Origin: Vicugna vicugna
Taxonomy: Eukaryota
Direction: 5' to 3'
Length of the DNA stretch: 64,000 nucleotides
Assembly: GCA_013265495.1 (NCBI GenBank)
Contig: MU058463.1
Location: forward strand, 372,001-436,000
Below, piece after piece: positions 53,055 to 64,000 of this stretch. Position 1 is the first letter of the stretch. Each line of letters opens with the position of its first letter. Under the pieces are notes generated by a model, which was not told where the DNA came from, did not search any database, and worked only from the letters and a program-made list of their open reading frames with translations. The translations under genes and the position numbers were made by a program.

Positions 53055-53167
53055 TTAGGGCCCCATGACCTAATTATCTCCCAAAGGCCACACATCTTAA
53101 TATCATCACCTTGTGGATTAGGATTTAGCATATGAATTTGGGGGAGACACATATTCAGACCATAGCA
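53055..53167 (-). mobile_element. MLT1A-like LTR 5' fragment
   Basis: 'catgacctaattatctcccaaaggcc...catatgaatttgggggagacacatattcagaccatagca'. Confidence 0.85.
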
Positions 53168-53169
53168 GA

Positions 53170-53600
53170 CCAGTATGTAGGATACATAAAGAACTCTCAC
53201 ACCTGCACATTAAATGAGTAACAATTGTGGTCAAAAGACACACAAAACATTTTATAGAAGAGTGCTGCATACATTTGACTGACATGCACATAAAAAATGT
53301 TGAACGTTATTAGTCATTAGAGAAACATCAATAAAATCACAATGAGATATCACTACAAACCTATTAGAATGGATAAAGTAAAACACAGTGATATCACTAA
53401 ATGCTGATGAGAAAGCAGAGAAACTGGACCTCTCATACATTGATGACTGGAATGTAATATAGTTAACACCCTGAAAAAGGGTTTGGCAGTTCCTTTTAAA
53501 ACTAAGCAGAGAGTTACATAACATCCAGTGATTACCCTCTTGAACATTCATCCCAGATAAATAAAAGCTTATTTTTATACAGAAACTTGTGACATACGAG
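53170..53600 (+). mobile_element. Old L1 ORF2 3' fragment
   Basis: 'tagtcattagagaaa...cacaatgagatatcactacaaacctattagaatgg...tttggcagttcctt'. Confidence 0.85.
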
Positions 53601-53779
53601 GTGTGAGTAAATGCAAACACCTCTTGGAAAGCCTGAAAGAGAGCAGTATCATCCATGGATAGCCAAACAAAGTTTTCAAAATGTATGATAGGGAAAGGAA
53701 CCTGATGGCAAAAATATGTGGTATCAGGGATGATGACAGGCAATTATATCCAAAGAACAAAAGGAATGAGTTGACATAA

Positions 53780-54898
53780 TTGCTTGTTTCTAGATGCAGA
53801 GACTGAACCTCATTTAATTCCATGGTTTTCAATACCATCCAGATGCAAATGACTTTCAAATCTATGTTACCCAGCTGCTAACATCCTCCTGAATTCTAGA
53901 CTATTTTTTTCAGTTATCTACTGAACAACATCTCCATTTGGCTGTTTAACAAGCAGCATTTAATTAACAAATCCAAGACAGAATGCATGGTACTTCCATT
54001 CCCAAACTTCCTTCTCCAGTTTCTCTCATCTTAATCATTACATCATCATTGACCTTGATTCTCAAATTTAAACCTTGAAGTCACCTTTTTTTTCTTTCAC
54101 CTCACATCTCATCAGCTAGCACTGCCAGTTCTATTAAAAATTATTTTCCTAACTTAACAACTTATGACCACTTCTGATACCAAACTCTGTCCCAAGGCAT
54201 TATCTTCCCTGACCTTGACCAGTTTGTTTATCTTTCATTCCAATTCTCTATTATCACTCATTTCTCTAGTGCCAGTTTGCCTTCCTTATTGTCTGTTCTC
54301 TAAAATAACTTGTGTGATGTTATGTTTTACAGATCATATTGCTCTTTTGATCAAAATCCTCCAATACCTTCATGCCACATTAGATTAACATCTTGTAGAA
54401 CCACATACACATATGTGGAAATACCTTTACAAAGACCCTCAAAATTATTGCTAGAATCTTCTTTACCTACCCCTTCATATCTCTCCTACATGCTATTAGC
54501 TAGAACCACATTGCTTCTATTTTTTTCCTTGAAAATGCCAGGCTTACTTTCACCCTAGAGCTTTTATACTTGCTGCCTCTAGCATGCACTGATTTCCCTA
54601 TAAATATTCACAGATTAAGTCTTTAAGTGTAACCTCTTCAGAGAAGGTATTAGTGATTTCCATCAGAAACACCTAGTCTTCTCTACATATATCCCTCACT
54701 ACCTAGTCTGATTTGTTTTTATTCAGGCACTGACCATTACATGTAATCATATTGTTTATTTTTCCTCCTTATTTTATTCTGTTAGCACAGAAGAATTTAA
54801 GTTCCATAAGTCAGGGTCATGTAATTCCAGCAATAAAAACAGTGATTGGCACATAGTGGGTAATCAGCAAATATATTTTGAATGAACATATAAATAAA
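53780..54898 (+). mobile_element. L2 (L2a-like) 3' region
   Basis: 'ccatggttttcaataccatccagatgcaaatgactttcaaatcta' through the terminal 'tggcacatagtgggtaatcagcaaatatattttgaatgaa'. Confidence 0.85.
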
Positions 54899-57800
54899 TA
54901 ATCAAGTTTAATAAATAGATTAACAATATATTACAAATGTGTACATACAATCAAAAAGGAAAGCACATACAAAAGGCTAAATTATAAAAATGACAGATAC
55001 TGAAATTAGAGAAGATGCCATAATACTATATATCAATGTAACCTGAATTTTTAAAACAGGCAATTTTATACCAGGAAAACTATTTACAGAGAATGGTTGT
55101 CCTTATTTTAAACAATGTACTTCATAGTTTTATTCTCTACCTCATGTCAAAGACTAACTCAAATTTAATATGGATTAATCAATTAAGAATTCTGCAAACA
55201 TATCCTTGTAATTGTCTGAGGATAAAATTGAAACATTTAGTCGAAGTTTTTGTTATTTATAGCTATATAGATACTGAGTTCTTGGGATGACATTTCTTTA
55301 CTCCAAAAGAGAAATCATTCTAAAAGAGCTGTCAACATTGTAGTCTCCACTTGATTAAGTTACTATCATCTTGAATCATTCTCTAAAACCTATCCATTTT
55401 TCACACTTGCCAAAATGGTAACTGCAAGGAGATGGAGTAGGAACAACCCACACAAATCTCACTTATTTTTTAATGGTGGCACTGGTTAATGAGATTTCTC
55501 GAGAGAGTCAGTATTGCTTTTGAATATTGCAGGCCCATGTGAGAATTAGGTCTATTGTTTAAAATGTGTAAGGCAAATTCTTGAGAAATGACCTTGGATC
55601 ATTTCAGAGATGTATCTGATATAGACTGAAAGGAAATTCTATCAGAATTCATTTCTCATATGGATCTGTATCTTCTGTATCTTCTCTAGTCTGAAAGAGA
55701 GATTATTATTATGTTTGAAATATCCAGGAATCATTAGCTTGATTGCACTCTCCAGCAGTCCATGAAGTTTCTGCATTTCTATTTATCTCTATACACAGCA
55801 GCAAGGACAGATATCTGCATGTCCCTTTGAGAATGACTAGGGGATGGTTCAGAAGATATATCATATTTTGATGAGATATGATTTTGATACATAGGGTCAT
55901 TCTTGGGTGTTTAATTTTAATGATTGTTTTATTCACTTCTCATATACACTGAAGAAAATGTTTGAAAATTTCAACATAGACATCTGAATTAAAACTTAAA
56001 AATATTTAATATAATTCCCTTAACTTACATTAAAATTAAATTATATTAACCACACATTTTAATGATTTGTCTAAAGCCTTAATTTGCAAAATAAACATGA
56101 CAAAAATGTGAAAAAAGTTTACAATTATTATTATGATTATACACAAAACAATTGTAAAAATACAAACATTATATAATAATTTTACATTTATTCTCACATA
56201 CTTCTAGGGTTATTGCTTTTCTCCTAGTGGATGTGGTGCAATCTTACCAAGTTAAAAAGAGAAAATATTACTATCTCATGGCTAGACAACATTACATATT
56301 CTGAGTTGTCTTCTAACTGATTCTTGATTATGATAGAGGGCTTGATGAATTCTTCCAGATTATATAAATATTGATCACTAGATATATGTCTCAGCATCCA
56401 CATAACAGACAAAATGAATTTGTTACACCAGAAACAAATTCTAAGTCTACACCTGTTGATTTCTTCATGGTTGTAATAGCAAAAAGAAGGAAACAAAATT
56501 GAGCTTTTTTGCTAATTTAATGTTTGCTACATTTAAATCTATAAATTTAAAACCTAGGTTTCCTAAAATATAGATTTTACTCCAAAATTGTTTTAACAAA
56601 CTTTTGATACATATTTTAGTTAACTTCTTAAAACATTTTAATCTATAACTATGTTAAAATTTTATATTTTCTCTTTAAATATTGATTTAACAAACAAAAC
56701 CTTTTAAGATACTTAAATAGATCTTATTAAGTTTGTATACTGTATTAGAATACTTACATAACTTAAGAGCTATAAAATATAATAACACTTTGAATTTTGG
56801 ACTTTAAAATCTGTTAAACCCTTGGGGAAACTGATAATTAATGTGAGACACTCCATGTAAATGCATTATCTGTACCTTATATACTAACCTAAACATGGGC
56901 TAAGTGTGGTATGTTGCTTGGCGTATGACACAGAAGGCTAAAGGCAATTCAGAAAAAGTATTCTTAAAAAAGAAAACAGAATGAGTCATGAATCAGGACA
57001 CTTGCATCTGAACTTTAAACCAGTGGTTTTGGGAGAAGATGTTTTTCTTATAATTTTAATTATGAATATATGTCTGTGTATATATATACACTATGATATA
57101 TGTATCAATACTTTAATCACTAATAAGTAAATGGAATATTGATTTATTACTCAGTATAGTCTTGGTTCTTATCATCTAAATCCGTTTGTTAAAATAGCTA
57201 TCCTGTGCTTCTAAAGAAAGGCACCTGAATAAACTGGACCAGTAATTGTCCAAATATTGATGTAACATGCCTATATTTTCCCTACACAGTTCATCTGGCA
57301 AAATCGTATGGTAGTCTGAAACCACTTAAATTATTTTCCTTTAACTTATTTGAGTCATACAAAATCATTATTTGAATTACAATTGCAACTTTTCAAAATA
57401 TACAGGTTATAAATTCCATCTTGATATACATAATTATTTCTCTTGGGAATGTGAGTGAATGATTGTTTCTATTTTTGGATATCTTGATATTTCAGCTTTA
57501 AGGCATGTATAGATCATAATTATTTTTAATGTAGAGAACGGTGATTTAATGTGTTGAATAAAACATGATATAAAACCAAAGTGAAATGCTTGAGACATAA
57601 CAGCACACAGGGTAACATTTATTGAGTGCTAGGGCAAATATATACATTTTGTTAGGAAGAGTTTTCTTTATGAAGAGGAAGGCTCTTTTTTTCAGAATAG
57701 CAGGCAAATTAGTTATTAAAATGAGCAGAAAGGTGAAGTCTGGGACAAGAGACCCAGGGATTACAACAAAGATTCATTTGACAACAGGTATTGTTTAAAA

Positions 57801-58284
57801 TTCAGAGATGCTAGGTATTGCTGTTACAATGTTCTTGAGTATATTGAAGTCAGATTTAATTTATATAATAATGACTTAGTTTTATTACACATTTTATGAG
57901 TTTTAACAAGTGCTACTGTACTTGTTTTGTCAAGAGCTGCAACAATAATTTTTAATCAATGCATAACAACTTGACATTTTCCAAAGCTCTCAGAATTCCT
58001 ACCCATATACATAATAGACTTGAATTCAAAACCCCTATTCTTTCTTTAGGTTGTTAAATGCCATGGTTTCACTGTGTTTATATATAGTTTTAACATAACT
58101 AAGTGAAGATATGCATGTTGAATCAATGCAAAATCATGACATTGAGAATATACTATTCATTATAATAATATATATTTGATATTTGATAAAGGTTTAGATT
58201 ATTTATAGTCATCACTATCTCTGTCCTCCCAAGAAGATGCTTCTGTTAAAGTTACAAATGCATATGTGTATATGATGATGATAA

Positions 58285-58975
58285 TAATAAAAACAATTAT
58301 AAGAGCTAACACAAGTGCTCATAAAAGAATTTTGCTTATGATATTTCATTTAACCCCATCATGTTGATAATAATTATTCCCATTTAAGCACGAGATACCT
58401 GAGGTACTGAGAGGTTATAAAATATGTCTGTAATGGGTTAAACTATGTCCAAAATTTAAAAAAAATATGTTGAACACCTAACCCCTAGTACCTCAGAATG
58501 TAATTTACTTGGAAAAAGGGTAACTGAAGACATACACAAAATGAGGTCACATTAGAAAAGGGTGGGCTTTTAATCCAATGTGACTGGTGTCCTTGTATGA
58601 AGAAAGGAATTTGGACACAGAAAGTCACACAGGAAGAATGGCACGTGATGACAAAAGTGAGGGATACATCCGAAAGCCAAGGGATGCCAAGGATAGACAA
58701 CAATCACCAAAACCTTTTCTTCTGGAAAGAAATATTATCTCTAATGTTTCAAGGCAGTGAGCAGACCTTCTCTTCTTTTGAAGAGAGACATTTTCTCTAT
58801 TTTTCAGGGCTGTTCACTGCACTAACATACTTGGAAAGACAGTCTCAAAGTGCAGGCTGTATTCCCACTTACGTATGTGCAGAAATAAAAAAGATCCATA
58901 GGGAAATTTCCTAAAAGTAAGCATCAGAGCCAAGATATCAACCTAGGATATCTGGTTCTCAAATATGTGCTTTAA
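58285..58975 (-). mobile_element. MIR split by an MLT1B-like LTR
   Basis: 'attattcccattt...ctgaggtactgagaggtt' before 58429 and 'cagagccaagatatcaacctagg..tctggttctcaa' after ~58900. Confidence 0.65.
58429..58715 (+). mobile_element. MLT1B-like LTR (partial)
   Basis: 'tgtaatgggttaaactatgtcc...ctaacccctagtacctcagaatgt...taatccaatgtgactggtgtcctt'. Confidence 0.85.
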
Positions 58976-59480
58976 TTATATTGTATCATATGCATTCGCA
59001 TGTTCATACTGATATATGGGAAAATACAAGCAGCAAGAATTTTCCTTTCTCTCTATCACATGCACACACACATATATATTATACTTATATGTGTGATATA
59101 TACAAATGCATTGTTATAAATGTGTTTGACATATGCATTCACATTATAAGTACATACATATACACATGTATATGGTTTTTTGTATGTGTGTACATAAGTG
59201 AGTTTAAAGCTTTGAAGTTTAACGTCTTTAAAATGAGAGAATAATAGTATAAATTTCCCTGCAGCATCTTTAAATGACTGTGTTCTGTTTCAAGGCCTCT
59301 TTTTGTTCTATTTGACAAGTGCTTGAATTTATTCATGAATATTTTAAAAGGTTTCTTACATACAATATTTTGTTTCCTTTTAGAGTTTACAGAGGATGTA
59401 GAACTAATAAAACAAAGATCCAAAGATCCCTGTAAATTATAGGGTCACAGTTCTACATATAAATACGTATGAATACAAAA

Positions 59481-59489
59481 ACACACACA

Positions 59490-59524
<35 letters not shown>
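59481..59524. repeat. (AC)5-TC-(GT)16 microsatellite
   Basis: Directly visible. Confidence 0.95.
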
Positions 59525-59528
<4 letters not shown>

Positions 59529-60578
59529 ATAGTGATAGGGATAGGGATAAGGTATAGATATACAAAACAAGTTGTTTTGAATGACATAACTAAAAGATGA
59601 AGTACCTATCTGTCTATCTATATGTCTATCTATCTATTTAACTATAAATAACTTGCAAAGCATCAGTGACTTTACTCAGCTCCACAGCAGTGTAGTGAAT
59701 AGAATAACATTAGTGAGAGGCATATTACTTCAAAACAACTTGACATTTTCCAAAGCTCTCAATATTCACCTTCATTTTAATTCAACATTCTTGTACTTCC
59801 TTTGAGTGGATAATGTTATGTCATGCAACAGGAATTTTAAAGACATAACACTTTTTTATGCTAGTCATGTATATAACTAATACAATTTTATAATAAACAA
59901 TAGTCTCTGGAAGGAAAACAAACTTTCTGTAAATAAATATATAAAATAAAATGACCCTTATTCATTGAATACAAATTTTCAAAATATAAATATATATACA
60001 AATGCATAGTTATATAAGAATATGAATAACTAAGTAACTTAATTATTTTTCTATAAAATCTTTATTGATATATTTCTGTTATGATAATACATTATGACAT
60101 TCATAAGTTTTCTTATTTACATAGATCTATTGAAATATAATTCACATGCCATAAAATTCAATTTTAAAGTTTATGATTCAGTTAGTTTTACTTTACTGAT
60201 AGAGTTGTACAACCATCCCTACTTTCTCATTTCAGAGTATTTCTATGACTCCACAAAGAAGTTTTGTAACTTTTGTAGTCACTCCCTATTGCTCTCAGCC
60301 TCTAGTCGCTGGCAACTGCTTTCTGTTTAAATACAGATATGCCTGTTCTTGGCACTTAATATAATCTTCAGATAAATTTCATATAAATTTATATTCAGTT
60401 TGTGAGTTTCTTTATAATTGATTTATTTTTCTTATAATGCTTTCAAAATTTGTCCATGTTGTAACATTTATCAGTACTTCCTTCTCCTTTATTGCTGAAC
60501 ACTTTTCCATGTATTGATATACACAATTTGATTATCCATCCATCTACTGATGAGTATTTGGACTGTTTCTGCTAGATA

Positions 60579-61415
60579 CAGTCATACCTCAGAGACATCA
60601 CAGATTCAGTTCCAGACCACCACAATAAAGCAAACATCACAATAAATAGTCACACACTTTTTGATTTCCCAGTGCATAGAATAGTTATGCTAACACTAAC
60701 TATAGTCTTTTGTTTCATTTTCATATTCTTTTTTATTATAGGTTACTACAAGATCTTGAATACAGTTTCCTGTGCTATACAGAAGAAACTTGTTGTATAT
60801 CTATTTTATATGTAGTAGCTAGTATCTGCAAATCTTGAACTCGCAATGTATCCCTTCTCATCATCCCCTTTTCCCCTGGTGACTACACATTTATTTTCTA
60901 TGTCTGTGAGTCTGCTTTTGTTTTATAAATAAGTTCATTTGCGTCTTTTTTTTTAGATTTCACATATGAGTGATATCATATGGTATTTTTCTTTCTCTTT
61001 CTGGCTTACTTCACTTAGAATGACAATCTCCAGGTGCATCCATGTGCCTGCGAATGACATCATTTTATTCTTTTTATGGCTGAGTAGTATTCCATTGTAT
61101 AAATATACCACAAATTCCCACTATACTATATAGTATTTTGAGGGTGCAATAGCATTATGTCTAAATATATACATATATATGTCTAAATATATATATATAT
61201 ACCTTAATTAAAAAGTACAAAACAAAAAAATCAATTACAATAGTAATATTAAATATCACTGATCACAGATCTCCATAACAAATATAATAACAATGACTAA
61301 GTTTGAAATATTTCAAGAACTACCAAAACATGACACAGAGACAGGAAGTGATTGAATACTGTTGTAAAAAGGGTACCCATACACTCACTCAACACAGGAT
61401 TACCACAAACCTTCA

Positions 61416-61449
<34 letters not shown>

Positions 61450-61488
61450 GTGTAGCAAAGTGAGGCACTGTTAAAAAAGGTACACCTG
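60579..61488. mobile_element. Short internally deleted Tigger1 derivative with both ends
   Basis: ta|cagtcatacctc ... aggtacacctg|ta; internal 'ttccagaccaccacaataaagc' and 'taccacaaaccttcaatttgtaaaaa'; interrupted by an L1. Confidence 0.9.
60711..61118 (-). mobile_element. Young-type L1 3' fragment inside Tigger1
   Basis: 'catatgagtgatatcatatggtatttttctttctctttctggcttacttcacttagaatgacaatctcc'. The Tigger motif cacta(t)actatagt is duplicated at 60694-60710 and 61119-61138. Confidence 0.9.
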
Positions 61489-62364
61489 TATCATGAATAA
61501 TGCTGATATGCACATAATGTACAAGTTATTTTTCAGACATATATTTTAAATTCTCTTGTTTATATACCTGGCAGTGGAATGTTGGGTCACACTGTAAATT
61601 TATGTTCAACATTGTAAGACAATGCCAACTGTTCCAAAGTGGCTGCAACATTTTACAATCATATTACTAAGACACAATGGTATCAATTTTCTACATTCTT
61701 GAAAAAACTTTTATTTGTCTCTTTTTTTTAATTTTAGTCATCCTAGTGTGAATGGTATCTTATATGGGATTTGATTTTTCATTTTACTAATAATGAATGA
61801 TGTTGATTATCTTTTCCAGTGCTACTTGGGCACTTGCATATTTCTTTGGAGAAATGTCTATTCAAATCTTTGACCATTTAAAAAATTTGGTACTTCATCT
61901 TCTGATTTTGAGTTGTAAGAATTCTTGATATATACTGGTTACTAGTTCTTTATAAGATATATGATACATACCTGATAAATACATCTGATATCATAAATAT
62001 TATTTCTGACATAGTATTATAACATAATAATATAAATATATCTGATATTATATAGCTGATAAATATTTATTTTCCCATTACATGGGTTGCCTTTATTTTC
62101 TTAAAAGTATCCTTTGGATGATAAATATTATTAATTTTGATGACATCAAACTTTTCCTTTCTGCTTGTACTTTTGTTGTTAAATCTAAGAGAATCAATTG
62201 CCCAAGCCAATGTCACAAAGCTTTACTCCTATGTTTTCTTCAAAGAGTTTTATAGTTTTAGTTTCTGCATTTAGGCATATGTCCCAATTTTGATTTTTGT
62301 ATATGATACAAAGTTGGGTCCAAATATATTCTTCTATATGAGGATACCCTTACCCCAGCTCTAT

Positions 62365-64000
62365 TATAAACACTGGATATTGGTTGATAATCTTTTTTTT
62401 CCAGCATTTTGAATGTCACCTCACTGTATTGTGGCATCTCTGATTTCTCAAATGAAATGAGTCACTTATGACTCATTGTATATGCTGAGTAATTTCTCTA
62501 TTGTTGCTTTTCAAAATCTATCTTTGTCTTTCAATAGTTCGATTATGAGTTATATAGGTGTATCTCTTTACATGTATCATACTTCATTTTGTTAAGCTCC
62601 TTGGGTATATAAATTAATGTTCTTACTAAAATTGGGGAAGTTTTAAATCATTAATTCTTCAAATATTGCTTCTGACTCTTTATCTCTCGTCTCACTTTCT
62701 GAGAATCATATTATTTGCTTTTTCGTATGGCTGGTGGTGTTCCACAGATCTCAGAGGCTCTATTTATTTTTCTCCCTTTTTTTCCTTACTCTTCCTCTGA
62801 CTGTATATTTTCAATTGATCTATCTTCAAATTTGCTAATAAATTCTTCTGCTAGCACAAATCTGCAGCTAAGTAACCTCTAGTGAATTTTAAATTTCAGT
62901 TATTGTACTTTTCAACTCTAGAATTATATTTGGTTCTTTTAAGTCTTTTTCTAGTAAACCTATCATGTGGGATCCTTCAGGGACAGTGTTTATTGACAAC
63001 TGTTTCCCTGTATATAAGGCATTCCTTCCTTTATCTTTGCAGGTCTGCATGTTTGTTTGCTTTTTTTGTTTTCAAACTGAAAATTTTAGAGAGAATGCCA
63101 TTTGCAGCAACATGAATGGACCTAGAGATTACCATACTAAGTGAAGTCAGATAGAGAAAGATAAATATCATATGATATCGCTTGTATGTGGAATCTGAAA
63201 AAATGATACAAGTGAACTTACTTGAAGAACAGAAACAGACTTATAGACATAGAAAACAAACTTATGGTTATCAAAGGAGAAAGGGGTGGGGGAGGGATAA
63301 ATTAGGAGTATGAGATTTGCAGATATCAAACTACTATATATAAACAACAAGGTACTCCTGTATAGCACAGATAACTATATTCAAGATCTTGTAATAATAT
63401 ATAATGAAAAAGAATATATATATATAACTGAATCACTATTTTGTACATCAGAAACTAACACAACATTGTAAATCAATAATACTTCAATAAACAAAATTTT
63501 AAAATAGATAAATATACTGGACATTTTAAATAATATAATGTGACAAGTATGGTAATCAGATATTTTGCTCAGGGTGTGTTGTCATTGTTTGTAGTTTTTG
63601 ACACTGCTGTTGCTCGTTTGTTGACTTTTCTAAACTAAACTAATTCACTAAAATGTGTATCATTTGTAGTATTTGGCCAGTGAAGCCTCTGCTTCATTAA
63701 CTTAACTGTTATCTGAAGGTCAGACAGAGATATTCTTAGTTTCTTAAAATAAGAAGTCTCCCAGTCTCAACCAAGGAGTTCCTTGTGCACACCATGACAA
63801 TTTACAACCTGCCTTAGTCTTTACCTTCTACTTGTGCAGAGCCTCATCATCAACTGAGATGAGAGATCAGTGTTTTCTTAGATATCTGCAAGGCATGTTC
63901 AGAGCCCTGCTCATAAATAAGCACAGACTTCTAAATTTGCAGGAATACGCTGGATGTTTTCAGAGCACCTTATGGGCATCTCATTTTTCTGCTTTCTCTT
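62365..64000 (-). mobile_element. Old L1 ORF1 and 5' region, interrupted at 63091-63513
   Basis: 'aaattggggaagtttt..tcattaattcttcaaatatt', 'tcaattgatctatcttcaaatttgct', 'gacaatttacaacctgccttagtctttac'. Confidence 0.8.
63091..63513 (+). mobile_element. Artiodactyl-type L1 3' end
   Basis: 'aatgccatttgcagcaacatg..ggacctagagattaccatactaagtgaagt...cagaaactaacacaacattgtaaatcaa..atacttcaataaa'; degenerate TSD 63074-63090 / 63514-63530. Confidence 0.92.

Larger units (their letters stand above)
60125..62362 (-). mobile_element. L1MB-like 3' region, interrupted at 60579-61490
   Basis: Starts 'tattgaaatataattcacatgccataaaattca'; breaks after 'ttggactgtttc' and resumes 'atgaataatgctg...tctttggagaaatgtctattcaaatc'. 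Confidence 0.9.

Noticed and set aside
53252..53743. 163-aa minus-strand ORF
   Set aside because: Antisense reading of a decayed L1 ORF2 fragment.
14518..58715. Plus-strand bias of MaLR LTRs as a sign of a minus-strand host gene
   Set aside because: Too few elements, and L1 and ERV1 orientations are mixed.
1..64000. Short ORFs in the supplied six-frame track as host genes
   Set aside because: All are 60-163 aa, many with non-ATG starts, low complexity or within repeats. Only the L1 ORF2 pieces resemble a known protein, and I see no consistent exon chain.

Overview
AT-rich, CpG-poor mammalian non-coding DNA (gene desert or deep intron), most likely from a camelid. The species call rests on a tRNA-derived SINE at 20794-20931 that matches my recollection of the camelid Vic-1 type, plus artiodactyl-type young L1 3' ends. 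I found no host protein-coding exon, RNA gene, CRISPR array or convincing new multi-gene system. The only recognisable protein sequence is the L1 ORF2 C-terminus (19155-19768, and decayed at ~1259-2000). The rest is layered transposon fossils: L1, L2, MIR, MaLR and ERV1 LTRs, Tigger1, MER2B and MER53. The most interesting points are mechanistic: two TSD-flanked L1 copies that both end early in the same internal A-rich 3'UTR tract, a 62-bp L1 tail with a perfect 16-bp TSD, a twin-primed inverted L1, nested and stacked insertions, a 76-bp near-perfect hairpin, an unexplained 28-bp exact repeat 1.77 kb apart, and an under-sized assembly gap. Family names come from remembered consensus motifs, not a database search. 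Boundaries of old elements are approximate.
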